The notes under the pieces are model-generated. The model was not told the DNA's origin and did not search any database. It was given only the letters and a program-made list of their open reading frames with translations. 64,000 nt of DNA from Eledone cirrhosa (Eukaryota). Below, piece after piece: positions 12,650 through 27,000 of this stretch. Both the position numbers and the translations under genes were made by a program. Location: assembly GCA_964016885.1 (NCBI GenBank), contig OZ024753.1:28458001-28522000 (forward strand), read 5' to 3'. Position 1 is the stretch's first letter; the number at the start of each line of letters is the position of its first letter.

Positions 12650-15150
12650 GGCCTTGGTAGTTACAAAAGACAGCTCTATATAATTATTACTGCCAGACAG
12701 TCACTCATGTATGGGCCTTGGTAGTTACAAAAGAGAGCTCTATATAATTATTACTGCCAGACAGTCACTCATGTATGGGCCTTGGTAGTTACAAAAGAGA
12801 GCTCTATATAATTATTACTGCCAGACAGTCACTCATTTATTGGCCTTGGTAGTTACAAAAGACAGCTCTATATAATTATTACTGCCAGACAGTCACTCAT
12901 GTATGGGCCTTGGTAGTTACAAAAGGGAGCTCTATATAATTATTACTGCCAGACAGTCACTCATGTATGGGCCTTGAAAGTTACAAAGACAGCTCTATAT
13001 AATTATTACTGCCAGACAGCCACTCATGTATGGGCCTTGGTAGTTACAAAAGAGAGCTCTATATAATTATTACTGCCAGACAGTCACTCATGTATGGGCC
13101 TTGGTAGTTACAAAAGACAGCTCTATATAATTATTACTGCCAGACAGTCACTCATGTATGGGCCTTGGTAGTTACAAAAGGGAGCTGTATATAATTATTA
13201 CTGCCAGACAGTCACTCATGTATGGGCCTTGAAAGTTACAAAGACAGCTCTATATAATTATTACTGCCAGACAGCCACTCATGTATGGGCCTCGGTAGTT
13301 ACAAAAGAGAGCTCTATATAATTATTACTGCCAGACAGTCACTCATGTATGGGCCTTGGTAGTTACAAAAGACAGCTCTATATAATTATTACTGCCAGAC
13401 AGTCACTCATGTATGGGCCTTGGTAGTTACAAAAGAGAGCTCTATATAATTATTACTGCCAGACAGTCACTCATGTATGGGTCTTGGTAGTTACAAAAGA
13501 GAGCTCTATATAATTATTACTGCCAGACAGTCACTCATGTATAGGCATTGGTAGTTACAAAAGAGAGCTCTATACAATTATTACTGCCAGACAGTCACTC
13601 ATGTATGAGCCTTGGTAGTTACAAAAGAGAGCTCTATATAATTATTACTGCAAGACAGTCACTCATGTATGGGCCTTGGTAGTTACAAAAGACAGCTCTA
13701 TATAATTATTACTGCCAGATAGTCACTCATGTATAGGCATTGGTAGTTACAAAAGAGAGCTCTATATAATTATTACTGCAAGACAGTCACTCATGTATGG
13801 GCCTTGGTAGTTACAAAAGACAGCTCTATATAATTATTACTGCCAGACAGTCACTCATGTATAGGCATTGGTAGTTACAAAAGAGAGCTGTATATAATTA
13901 TTACTGCCAGACAGTCACTCATGTATGGGCCTTGGTAGTTACAAAAGAGAGCTCTATATAATTATTACTGCCAGACAGTCATTCATGTATGGGCCTTGGT
14001 AGATACAAAAGAGAGCTCTATATAATTGTTACTGCCAGATAGTCACTCATGTATGGGCCTTGGTAGTTACAAAAGAGAGCTGTATATAATTATTACTGCC
14101 AGACAGTCACTCATGTATGGGCCTTGGTAGTTACAAAAGAGAGCTCTATATAATTATTACTGCCAGACAGTCACTCATGTATGGGCCTTGGTAGTTACAA
14201 AAGACAGCTCTATATAATTATTACTGCCAGACAGTCACTCATGTATGGGCCTTGGTAGTTACAAAAGAGAGCTCTATATAATTATTACTGCCAGACAGTC
14301 ACTCATGTATGGGCCTTGGTAGTTACAAAAGAGAGCTCTATATAATTATTACTGCCAGACAGTCACTCATTTATTGGCCTTGGTAGTTACAAAAGACAGC
14401 TCTATATAATTATTACTGCCAGACAGTCACTCATGTATGGGCCTTGGTAGTTACAAAAGGGAGCTCTATATAATTATTACTGCCAGACAGTCACTCATGT
14501 ATGGGCCTTGAAAGTTACAAAGACAGCTCTATATAATTATTACTGCCAGACAGCCACTCATGTATGGGCCTTGGTAGTTACAAAAGAGAGCTCTATATAA
14601 TTATTACTGCCAGACAGTCACTCATGTATGGGCCTTGGTAGTTACAAAAGACAGCTCTATATAATTATTACTGCCAGACAGTCACTCATGTATGGGCCTT
14701 GGTAGTTACAAAAGGGAGCTGTATATAATTATTACTGCCAGACAGTCACTCATGTATGGGCCTTGAAAGTTACAAAGACAGCTCTATATAATTATTACTG
14801 CCAGACAGCCACTCATGTATGGGCCTCGGTAGTTACAAAAGAGAGCTCTATATAATTATTACTGCCAGACAGTCACTCATGTATGGGCCTTGGTAGTTAC
14901 AAAAGACAGCTCTATATAATTATTACTGCCAGACAGTCACTCATGTATGGGCCTTGGTAGTTACAAAAGAGAGCTCTATATAATTATTACTGCCAGACAG
15001 TCACTCATGTATGGGCCTTGGTAGTTACAAAAGAGAGCTCTATATAATTATTACTGCCAGACAGTCACTCATGTATAGGCATTGGTAGTTACAAAAGAGA
15101 GCTCTATACAATTATTACTGCCAGACAGTCACTCATGTATGAGCCTTGGT
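12650..15150 (+). repeat. Block repeated at a 24-monomer (1534 bp) offset
   Basis: GAAAG 12976/14510 and 13231/14765. The CATTTATTGG, private GGGAGCTGTAT and CTATACAA variants are shared in the same order. Confidence 0.8.
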
Positions 15151-18100
15151 AGTTACAAAAGAGAGCTCTATAAAATTATTACTGCCAGACAGTCACTCAT
15201 GTATGGGCCTTGGTAGTTAAAAAAGAGAGCTCTATATAATTATTACTGCAAGACAGTCACTCATGTATGGGCCTTGGTAGTTACAAAAGACAGCTCTATA
15301 TAATTATTACTGCCAGACAGTCACTCATGTATAGGCATTGGTAGTTACAAAAGAGAGCTCTATATAATTATTACTGCCAGACAGTCACTCATGTATGGGC
15401 CTTGGTAGTTACAAAAGAGAGCTGTATATAATTATTACTGCCAGACAGTCACTCATGTATGGGCCTTGGTAGTTACAAAAGAGAGCTCTATATAATTATT
15501 ACTGCCAGACAGTCACTCATGTATGAACCTTGGTAGTTACAAAAGAGAGCTCTATAAAATTATTACTGCCAGACAGTCACTCATGTATGGGCCTTGGTAG
15601 TTAAAAAAGAGAGCTCTATATAATTATTACTGCAAGACAGTCACTCATGTATGGGCCTTGGTAGTTACAAAAGACAGCTCTATATAATTATTACTGCCAG
15701 ACAGTCACTCATGTATAGGCATTGGTAGTTACAAAAGAGAGCTCTATATAATTATTACTGCCAGACAGTCACTCATGTATGGGCCTTGGTAGTTACAAAA
15801 GAGAGCTCTATATAATTATTACTGCAAGACAGTCACTCATGTATGGGCCTTGGTAGTTACAAAAGACAGCCCTATATAATTATTACTGCCAGACAGTCAC
15901 TCATGTATAGGCATTGGTAGTTACAAAAGAGAGCTCTATATAATTATTACTGCAAGACAGTCACTCATGTATGGGCCTTGGTAGTTACAAAAGACAGCTC
16001 TATATAATTATTACTGCCAGACAGTCACTCATGTATAGGCATTGGTAGTTACAAAAGAGAGCTGTATATAATTATTACTGCCAGACAGTCACTCATGTAT
16101 GGGCCTTGGTAGTTACAAAAGAGAGCTCTATATAATTATTACTGCCAGACAGTCACTCATGTATGGGCCTTGGTAGTTACAAAAGAGAGCTCTATATAAT
16201 TGTTACTGCCAGATAGTCACTCATGTATGGGCCTTGGTAGTTACAAAAGAGAGCTGTATATAATTATTACTGCCAGACAGTCACTAATGTATGGGCCTTG
16301 GTAGTTACAAAAGAGAGCTCTATATAATTATTACTGCCAGACAGTCACTCATGTATAGGCATTGGTAGTTACAAAAGAGAGCTCTATATAATTATTACTG
16401 CCAGACAGTCACTCATGTATGAGCCTTGGTAGTTACAAAAGAGAGCTCTATAAAATTATTACTGCCAGACAGTCACTCATGTATGGGCCTTGGTAGTTAC
16501 AAAAGAGAGCTCTATATAATTATTACTGCCAGACAGTCACTCATGTATGGGCCTTGGTAGTTACAAAAGAGAGCTCTATATAATTATTACTGCCAGACAG
16601 TCACTCATGTATGGGCCTTGGTAGTTACAAAAGACAGCTCTATATAATTATTACTGCCAGACAGTCACTCATGTATGGGCCTTGGTAGTTACAAAAGAGA
16701 GCTCTATATAATTATTACTGCCAGACAGTCACTCATGTATGGGCCTTGGTAGTTACAAAAGAGAGCTCTATATAATTATTACTGCCAGACAGTCACTCAT
16801 GTATGGGCCTTGGTAGTTACAAAAGAGAGCTCTATATAATTGTTACTGCCAGATAGTCACTCATGTATGGGCCTTGGTAGTTACAAAAGAGAGCTGTATA
16901 TAATTATTACTGCCAGACAGTCACTCATGTATGGGCCTTGGTAGTTACAAAAGAGAGCTCTATATAATTATTACTGCCAGACAGTCACTCATGTATGGGC
17001 CTTGGTAGTTACAAAAGAGAGCTCTATATAATTGTTACTGCCAGATAGTCACTCGTGTATGGGCCTTGGTAGTTACAAAAGAGAGCTGTATATAATTATT
17101 ACTGCCAGACAGTCACTCATGTATGGGCCTTGGTAGTTACAAAAGAGAGCTCTATATAATTATTACTGCCAGACAGTCACTCATGTATGAGCCTTGGTAG
17201 TTACAAAAGAGAGCTCTATAAAATTATTACTGCCAGACAGTCACTCATGTATGGGCCTTGGTAGTTAAAAAAGAGAGTTCTATATAATTATTACTGCAAG
17301 ACAGTCACTCATGTATGGGCCTTGGTAGTTACAAAAGACAGCTCTATATAATTATTACTGCCAGAGAGTCACTCATGTATAGGCATTGGTAGTTACAAAA
17401 GAGAGCTCTATATAATTATTACTGCAAGACAGTCACTCATGTATGGGCCTTGGTAGTTACAAAAGAGAGCTCTATATAATTATTACTGCCAGACAGTCAC
17501 TCATGTATGGGCCTTGGTAGTTACAAAAGACAGCTCTATATAATTATTACTGCCAGACAGTCACTCATGTATGGGCCTTGGTAGTTACAAAAGAGAGCTC
17601 TATATAATTATTACTGCCAGACAGTCACTCATGTATGGGCCTTGGTAGTTACAAAAGAGAGCTCTATATAATTATTACTGCCAGACAGTCACTCATTTAT
17701 TGGCCTTGGTAGTTACAAAAGACAGCTCTATATAATTATTACTGCCAGACAGTCACTCATGTATGGGCCTTGGTAGTTACAAAAGGGAGCTCTATATAAT
17801 TATTACTGCCAGACAGTCACTCATGTATGGGCCTTGAAAGTTACAAAGACAGCTCTATATAATTATTACTGCCAGACAGCCACTCATGTATGGGCCTTGG
17901 TAGTTACAAAAGAGAGCTCTATATAATTATTACTGCCAGACAGTCACTCATGTATGGGCCTTGGTAGTTACAAAAGACAGCTCTATATAATTATTACTGC
18001 CAGACAGTCACTCATGTATGGGCCTTGGTAGTTACAAAAGGGAGCTCTATATAATTATTACTGCCAGACAGTCACTCATGTATGGGCCTTGAAAGTTACA

Positions 18101-21100
18101 AAGACAGCTCTATATAATTATTACTGCCAGACAGCCACTCATGTATGGGCCTCGGTAGTTACAAAAGAGAGCTCTATATAATTATTACTGCCAGACAGTC
18201 ACTCATGTATGGGCCTTGGTAGTTACAAAAGACAGCTCTATATAATTATTACTGCCAGACAGTCACTCATGTATGGGCCTTGGTAGTTACAAAAGAGAGC
18301 TCTATATAATTATTACTGCCAGACAGTCACTCATGTATGGGCCTTGGTAGTTACAAAAGAGAGCTCTATATAATTATTACTGCCAGACAGTCACTCATGT
18401 ATAGGCATTGGTAGTTACAAAAGAGAGCTCTATACAATTATTACTGCCAGACAGTCACTCATGTATGAGCCTTGGTAGTTACAAAAGAGAGCTCTATAAA
18501 ATTATTACTGCCAGACAGTCACTCATGTATGGGCCTTGGTAGTTAAAAAAGAGAGCTCTATATAATTATTACTGCAAGACAGTCACTCATGTATGGGCCT
18601 TGGTAGTTACAAAAGACAGCTCTATATAATTATTACTGCCAGACAGTCACTCATGTATAGGCATTGGTAGTTACAAAAGAGAGCTCTATATAATTATTAC
18701 TGCCAGACAGTCACTCATGTATGGGCCTTGGTAGTTACAAAAGACAGCTCTATATAATTATTACTGCCAGACAGTCACTCATGTATGGGCCTTGGTAGTT
18801 ACAAAAGAGAGCTCTATATAATTATTACTGCCAGACAGTCACTCATGTATGGGCCTTGGTAGTTACAAAAGAGAGCTCTATATAATTATTACTGCCAGAC
18901 AGTCACTCATTTATTGGCCTTGGTAGTTACAAAAGACAGCTCTATATAATTATTACTGCCAGACAGTCACTCATGTATGGGCCTTGGTAGTTACAAAAGG
19001 GAGCTCTATATAATTATTACTGCCAGACAGTCACTCATGTATGGGCCTTGAAAGTTACAAAGACAGCTCTATATAATTATTACTGCCAGACAGCCACTCA
19101 TGTATGGGCCTCGGTAGTTACAAAAGAGAGCTCTATATAATTATTACTGCCAGACAGTCACTCATGTATGGGCCTTGGTAGTTACAAAAGAGAGCTCTAT
19201 ATAATTATTACTGCCAGACAGTCACTCATGTATGGGCCTTGGTAGTTACAAAAGACAGCTCTATATAATTATTACTGCCAGACAGTCACTCATGTATGGG
19301 CCTTGGTAGTTACAAAAGAGAGCTCTATATAATTATTACTGCCAGACAGTCACTCATGTATGGGCCTTGGTAGTTACAAAAGAGAGCTCTATATAATTAT
19401 TACTGCCAGACAGTCACTCATTTATTGGCCTTGGTAGTTACAAAAGACAGCTCTATATAATTATTACTGCCAGACAGTCACTCATGTATGGGCCTTGGTA
19501 GTTACAAAAGGGAGCTCTATATAATTATTACTGCCAGACAGTCACTCATGTATGGGCCTTGAAAGTTACAAAGACAGCTCTATATAATTATTACTGCCAG
19601 ACAGCCACTCATGTATGGGCCTTGGTAGTTACAAAAGAGAGCTCTATATAATTATTACTGCCAGACAGTCACTCATGTATGGGCCTTGGTAGTTACAAAA
19701 GACAGCTCTATATAATTATTACTGCCAGACAGTCACTCATGTATGGGCCTTGGTAGTTACAAAAGGGAGCTCTATATAATTATTACTGCCAGACAGTCAC
19801 TCATGTATGGGCCTTGAAAGTTACAAAGACAGCTCTATATAATTATTACTGCCAGACAGCCACTCATGTATGGGCCTCGGTAGTTACAAAAGAGAGCTCT
19901 ATATAATTATTACTGCCAGACAGTCACTCATGTATGGGCCTTGGTAGTTACAAAAGACAGCTCTATATAATTATTACTGCCAGACAGTCACTCATGTATA
20001 GGCATTGGTAGTTACAAAAGAGAGCTCTATATAATTATTACTGCCAGACAGTCACTCATGTATGGGCCTTGGTAGTTACAAAAGAGAGCTCTATATAATT
20101 ATTACTGCCAGACAGTCACTCATGTATGGGCCTTGGTAGTTACAAAAGACAGCTCTATATAATTATTACTGCCAGACAGTCACTCATGTATGGGCCTTGG
20201 TAGTTACAAAAGAGAGCTCTATATAATTATTACTGCCAGACAGTCACTCATGTATGGGCCTTGGTAGTTACAAAAGAGAGCTCTATATAATTATTACTGC
20301 CAGACAGTCACTCATGTATGGGCCTTGGTAGTTACAAAAGACAGCTCTATATAATTATTACTGCCAGACAGTCACTCATGTATGGGCCTTGGTAGTTACA
20401 AAAGAGAGCTCTATATAATTATTACTGCCAGACAGTCACTCATGTATGGGCCTTGGTAGTTACAAAAGAGAGCTCTATATAATTATTACTGCCAGACAGT
20501 CACTCATTTATTGGCCTTGGTAGTTACAAAAGACAGCTCTATATAATTATTACTGCCAGACAGTCACTCATGTATGGGCCTTGGTAGTTACAAAAGGGAG
20601 CTCTATATAATTATTACTGCCAGACAGTCACTCATGTATGGGCCTTGAAAGTTACAAAGACAGCTCTATATAATTATTACTGCCAGACAGCCACTCATGT
20701 ATGGGCCTTGGTAGTTACAAAAGAGAGCTCTATATAATTATTACTGCCAGACAGTCACTCATGTATGGGCCTTGGTAGTTACAAAAGACAGCTCTATATA
20801 ATTATTACTGCCAGACAGTCACTCATGTATGGGCCTTGGTAGTTACAAAAGGGAGCTCTATATAATTATTACTGCCAGACAGTCACTCATGTATGGGCCT
20901 TGAAAGTTACAAAGACAGCTCTATATAATTATTACTGCCAGACAGCCACTCATGTATGGGCCTCGGTAGTTACAAAAGAGAGCTCTATATAATTATTACT
21001 GCCAGACAGTCACTCATGTATGGGCCTTGGTAGTTACAAAAGACAGCTCTATATAATTATTACTGCCAGACAGTCACTCATGTATGGGCCTTGGTAGTTA

Positions 21101-24029
21101 CAAAAGAGAGCTCTATATAATTATTACTGCCAGACAGTCACTCATGTATGGGCCTTGGTAGTTACAAAAGAGAGCTCTATATAATTATTACTGCCAGACA
21201 GTCACTCATGTATAGGCATTGGTAGTTACAAAAGAGAGCTCTATACAATTATTACTGCCAGACAGTCACTCATGTATGAGCCTTGGTAGTTACAAAAGAG
21301 AGCTCTATAAAATTATTACTGCCAGACAGTCACTCATGTATGGGCCTTGGTAGTTAAAAAAGAGAGCTCTATATAATTATTACTGCAAGACAGTCACTCA
21401 TGTATGGGCCTTGGTAGTTACAAAAGACAGCTCTATATAATTATTACTGCCAGACAGTCACTCATGTATAGGCATTGGTAGTTACAAAAGAGAGCTCTAT
21501 ATAATTATTACTGCCAGACAGTCACTCATGTATGGGCCTTGGTAGTTACAAAAGAGAGCTCTATATAATTATTACTGCCAGACAGTCACTCATGTATGGG
21601 CCTTGGTAGTTACAAAAGACAGCTCTATATAATTATTACTGCCAGACAGTCACTCATGTATGGGCCTTGGTAGTTACAAAAGAGAGCTCTATATAATTAT
21701 TACTGCCAGACAGTCACTCATGTATGGGCCTTGGTAGTTACAAAAGAGAGCTCTATATAATTATTACTGCCAGACAGTCACTCATGTATGGGCCTTGGTA
21801 GTTACAAAGGAGAGCTCTATATAATTGTTACTGCCAGATAGTCACTCATGTATGGGCCTTGGTAGTTACAAAAGAGAGCTGTATATAATTATTACTGCCA
21901 GACAGTCACTCATGTATGGGCCTTGGTAGTTACAAAAGAGAGCTCTATATAATTATTACTGCCAGACAGTCACTCATGTATGGGCCTTGGTAGTTACAAA
22001 AGAGAGCTCTATATAATTGTTACTGCCAGATAGTCACTCATGTATGGGCCTTGGTAGTTACAAAAGAGAGCTGTATATAATTATTACTGCCAGGCAGTCA
22101 CTCATGTATGGGCCTTGGTAGTTACAAAAGAGAGCTCTATATAATTATTACTGCCAGACAGTCACTCATGTATGAGCCTTGGTAGTTACAAAAGAGAGCT
22201 CTATAAAATTATTACTGCCAGACAGTCACTCATGTATGGGCCTTGGTAGTTAAAAAAGAGAGCTCTATATAATTATTACTGCAAGACAGACACTCATGTA
22301 TGGGCCTTGGTAGTTACAAAAGACAGCTCTATATAATTATTACTGCCAGACAGTCACTCATGTATAGGCATTGGTAGTTACAAAAGAGAGCTCTATATAA
22401 TTATTACTGCCAGACAGTCACTCATGTATGGGCCTTGGTAGTTACAAAAGAGAGCTCTATATAATTATTACTGCAAGACAGTCACTCATGTATGGGCCTT
22501 GGTAGTTACAAAAGACAGCTCTATATAATTATTACTGCCAGAGAGTCACTCATGTATAGGCATTGGTAGTTACAAAAGAGAGCTCTATATAATTATTACT
22601 GCAAGACAGTCACTCATGTATGGGCCTTGGTAGTTACAAAAGACAGCTCTATATAATTATTACTGCCAGACAGTCACTCATGTATGGGCCTTGGTAGTTA
22701 CAAAAGAGAGCTCTATATAATTATTACTGCAAGACAGTCACTCATGTATGGGCCTTGGTAGTTACAAAAGACAGCTCTATATAATTATTACTGCCAGACA
22801 GTCACTCATGTATAGGCATTGGTAGTTACAAAAGAGAGCTCTATATAATTATTACTGCCAGACAGTCACTCATGTATGGGCCTTGGTAGTTACAAAAGAG
22901 AGCTCTATATAATTATTACTGCCAGACAGTCACTCATGTATGGGCCTTGGTAGTTACAAAAGACAGCTCTATATAATTATTACTGCCAGACAGTCACTCA
23001 TGTATGGGCCTTGGTAGTTATAAAAGAGAGCTCTATATAATTATTACTGCCAGACAGTCACTCATGTATGGGCCTTGGTAGTTACAAAAGAGAGCTCTAT
23101 ATAATTATTACTGCCAGACAGTCACTCATTTATTGGCCTTGGTAGTTACAAAAGACAGCTCTATATAATTATTACTGCCAGACAGTCACTCATGTATGGG
23201 CCTTGGTAGTTACAAAAGGGAGCTCTATATAATTATTACTGCCAGACAGTCACTCATGTATGGGCCTTGAAAGTTACAAAAACAGCTCTATATAATTATT
23301 ACTGCCAGACAGCCACTCATGTATGGGCCTTGGTAGTTACAAAAGTGAGCTCTATATAATTATTACTGCCAGACAGTCACTCATGTATGGGCCTTGGTAG
23401 TTACAAAAGACAGCTCTATATAATTATTACTGCCAGACAGTCACTCATGTATGGGCCTTGGTAGTTACAAAAGGGAGCTCTATATAATTATTACTGCCAG
23501 ACAGTCACTCATGTATGGGCCTTGAAAGTTACAAAGACAGCTCTATATAATTATTACTGCCAGACAGCCACTCATGTATGGGCCTCGGTAGTTACAAAAG
23601 ATAGCTCTATATAATTATTACTGCCAGACAGTCACTCATGTATGGGCCTTGGTAGTTACAAAAGACAGCTCTATATAATTATTACTGCCAGACAGTCACT
23701 CATGTATGGGCCTTGATAGTTACAAAAGAGAGCTCTATATAATTATTACTGCCAGACAGTCACTCATGTATGGGCCTTGGTAGTTACAAAAGAGAGCTCT
23801 ATATAATTATTACTGCCAGACAGTCACTCATGTATAGGCATTGGTAGTTACAAAAGAGAGCTCTATACAATTATTACTGCCAGACAGTCACTCATGTATG
23901 AGCCTTGGTAGTTACAAAAGAGAGCTCTATAAAATTATTACTGCCAGACAGTCACTCATGTATGGGCCTTGGTAGTTAAAAAAGAGAGCTCTATATAATT
24001 ATTACTGCAAGACAGTCACTCATGTATGG

Positions 24030-27000
24030 GCCTTGGTAGTTACAAAAGACAGCTCTATATAATTATTACTGCCAGACAGTCACTCATGTATAGGCATTGG
24101 TAGTTACAAAAGAGAGCTCTATATAATTATTACTGCCAGACAGTCACTCATGTATGGGCCTTGGTAGTTACAAAAGAGAGCTCTATATAATTATTACTGC
24201 CAGACAGTCACTCATGTATGGGCCTTGGTAGTTACAAAAGACAGCTCTATATAATTATTACTGCCAGACAGTCACTCATGTATGGGCCTTGTTAGTTACA
24301 AAAGAGAGCTCTATATAATTATTACTGCCAGACAGTCACTCATGTATGGGCCTTGGTAGTTACAAAAGAGAGCTCTATATAATTATTACTGCCAGACAGT
24401 CACTCATCTATGGGCCTTGGTAGTTACAAAAGAGAGCTCTATATAATTGTTACTGCCAGATAGTCACTCATGTATGGGCCTTGGTAGTTACAAAAGAGAG
24501 CTGTATATAATTATTACTGCCAGACAGTCACTCATGTATGGGCCTTGGTAGTTACAAAAGAGAGCTCTATATAATTATTACTGCCAGACAGTCACTCATG
24601 TATGGGCCTTGGTAGTTACAAAAGAGAGCTCTATATAATTGTTACTGCCAGATAGTCACTCATGTATGGGCCTTGGTAGTTACAAAAGAGAGCTGTATAT
24701 AATTATTACTGCCAGACAGTCACTCATGTATGGGCCTTGGTAGTTACAAAAGAGAGCTCTATATAATTATTACTGCCAGACCGTCACTCATGTATGAGCC
24801 TTGGTAGTTACAAAAGAGAGCTCTATAAAATTATTACTGCCAGACAGTCACTCATGTATGGGCCTTGGTAGTTAAAAAAGAGAGCTCTATATAATTATTA
24901 CTGCAAGACAGTCACTCATGTATGGGCCTTGGTAGTTACAAAAGACAGCTCTATATAATTATTACTGCCAGACAGTCACTCATGTATAGGCATTGGTAGT
25001 TACAAAAGAGAGCTCTATATAATTATTACTGCCAGACAGTCACTCATGTATGGGCCTTGGTAGTTACAAAAGAGAGCTCTATATAATTATTACTGCAAGA
25101 CAGTCACTCAAGTATGGGCCTTGGTAGTTACAAAAGACAGCTCTATATAATTATTACTGCCAGACAGTCACTCATGTATAGGCATTGGTAGTTACAAAAG
25201 AGAGCTCTATATAATTATTACTGCCAGACAGCCACTCATGTATGGGCCTCGGTAGTTACAAAAGAGAGCTCTATATAATTATTACTGCCAGACAGTCACT
25301 CATGTATGGGCCTTGGTAGTTACAAAAGACAGCTCTATATAATTATTACTGCCAGACAGTCACTCATGTATAGGCATTGGTAGTTACAAAAGAGAGCTCT
25401 ATATAATTATTACTGCCAGACAGTCACTCATGTATGGGCCTCGGTAGTTACAAAAGAGAGCTCTATAAAATTATTACTGCCAGACAGTCACTCATGTATG
25501 GGCCTTGGTAGTTAAAAAAGAGAGCTCTATATAATTATTACTGCAAGACAGTCACTCATGTATGGGCCTTGGTAGTTACAAAAGACAGCTCTATATAATT
25601 ATTACTGCCAGACAGTCACTCATGTATGGGCCTTGGTAGTTACAAAAGAGAGCTCTATATAATTATTACTGCCAGACAGTCACTCATGTATGGGCCTTGG
25701 TAGTTACAAAAGAGAGCTCTATATAATTATTACTGCCAGACAGTCACTCATCTATGGGCCTTGGTAGTTACAAAAGAGAGCTCTATATAATTGTTACTGC
25801 CAGATAGTCACTCATGTATGGGCCTTGGTAGTTACAAAAGAGAGCTGTATATAATTATTACTGCCAGACAGTCACTCATGTATGGGCCTTGGTAGTTACA
25901 AAAGAGAGCTCTATATAATTATTACTGCCAGACAGTCACTCATGTATGGGCCTTGTTAGTTACAAAAGAGAGCTCTATATAATTGTTACTGCCAGATAGT
26001 CACTCATGTATGGGCCTTGGTAGTTACAAAAGAGAGCTGTATATAATTATTACTGCCAGACAGTCACTCATGTATGGGCCTTGGTAGTTACAAAAGAGAG
26101 CTCTATATAATTATTACTGCCAGACAGTCACTCATGTATGAGCCTTGGTAGTTACAAAAGAGAGCTCTATAAAATTATTACTGCCAGACAGTCACTCATG
26201 TATGGGCCTTGGTAGTTAAAAAAGAGAGCTCTATATAATTATTACTGCAAGACAGTCACTCATGTATGGGCCTTGGTAGTTACAAAAGACAGCTCTATAT
26301 AATTATTACTGCCAGACAGTCACTCATGTATAGGCATTGGTAGTTACAAAAGAGAGCTCTATATAATTATTACTGCCAGACAGTCACTCATGTATGGGCC
26401 TTGGTAGTTACAAAAGAGAGCTCTATATAATTATTACTGCAAGACAGTCACTCATGTATGGGCCTTGGTAGTTACAAAAGACAGCTCTATATAATTATTA
26501 CTGCCAGACAATCACTCATGTATAGGCATTGGTAGTTACAAAAGAGAGCTCTATATAATTATTACTGCCAGACAGCCACTCATGTATGGGCCTCGGTAGT
26601 TACAAAAGAGAGCTCTATATAATTATTACTGCCAGACAGTCACTCATGTATGGGCCTTGGTAGTTACAAAAGACAGCTCTATATAATTATTACTGCCAGA
26701 CAGTCACTCATGTATGGGCCTTGGTAGTTACAAAAGAGAGCTCTATATAATTATTACTGCCAGACAGCCACTCATGTATGGGCCTCGGTTGTTACAAAAG
26801 ACAGCTCTATATAATTATTACTGCCAGACAGTCACTCATGTATGGACCTTGGTAGTTACAAAAGAGAGCTCTATATAATTGTTACTGCCAGATAGTCACT
26901 CATGTATGGGCCTTGGTAGTTACAAAAGAGAGCTGTATATAATTATTACTGCCAGACAGTCACTCATGTATGGGCCTTGGTAGTTACAAAAGAGAGCTCT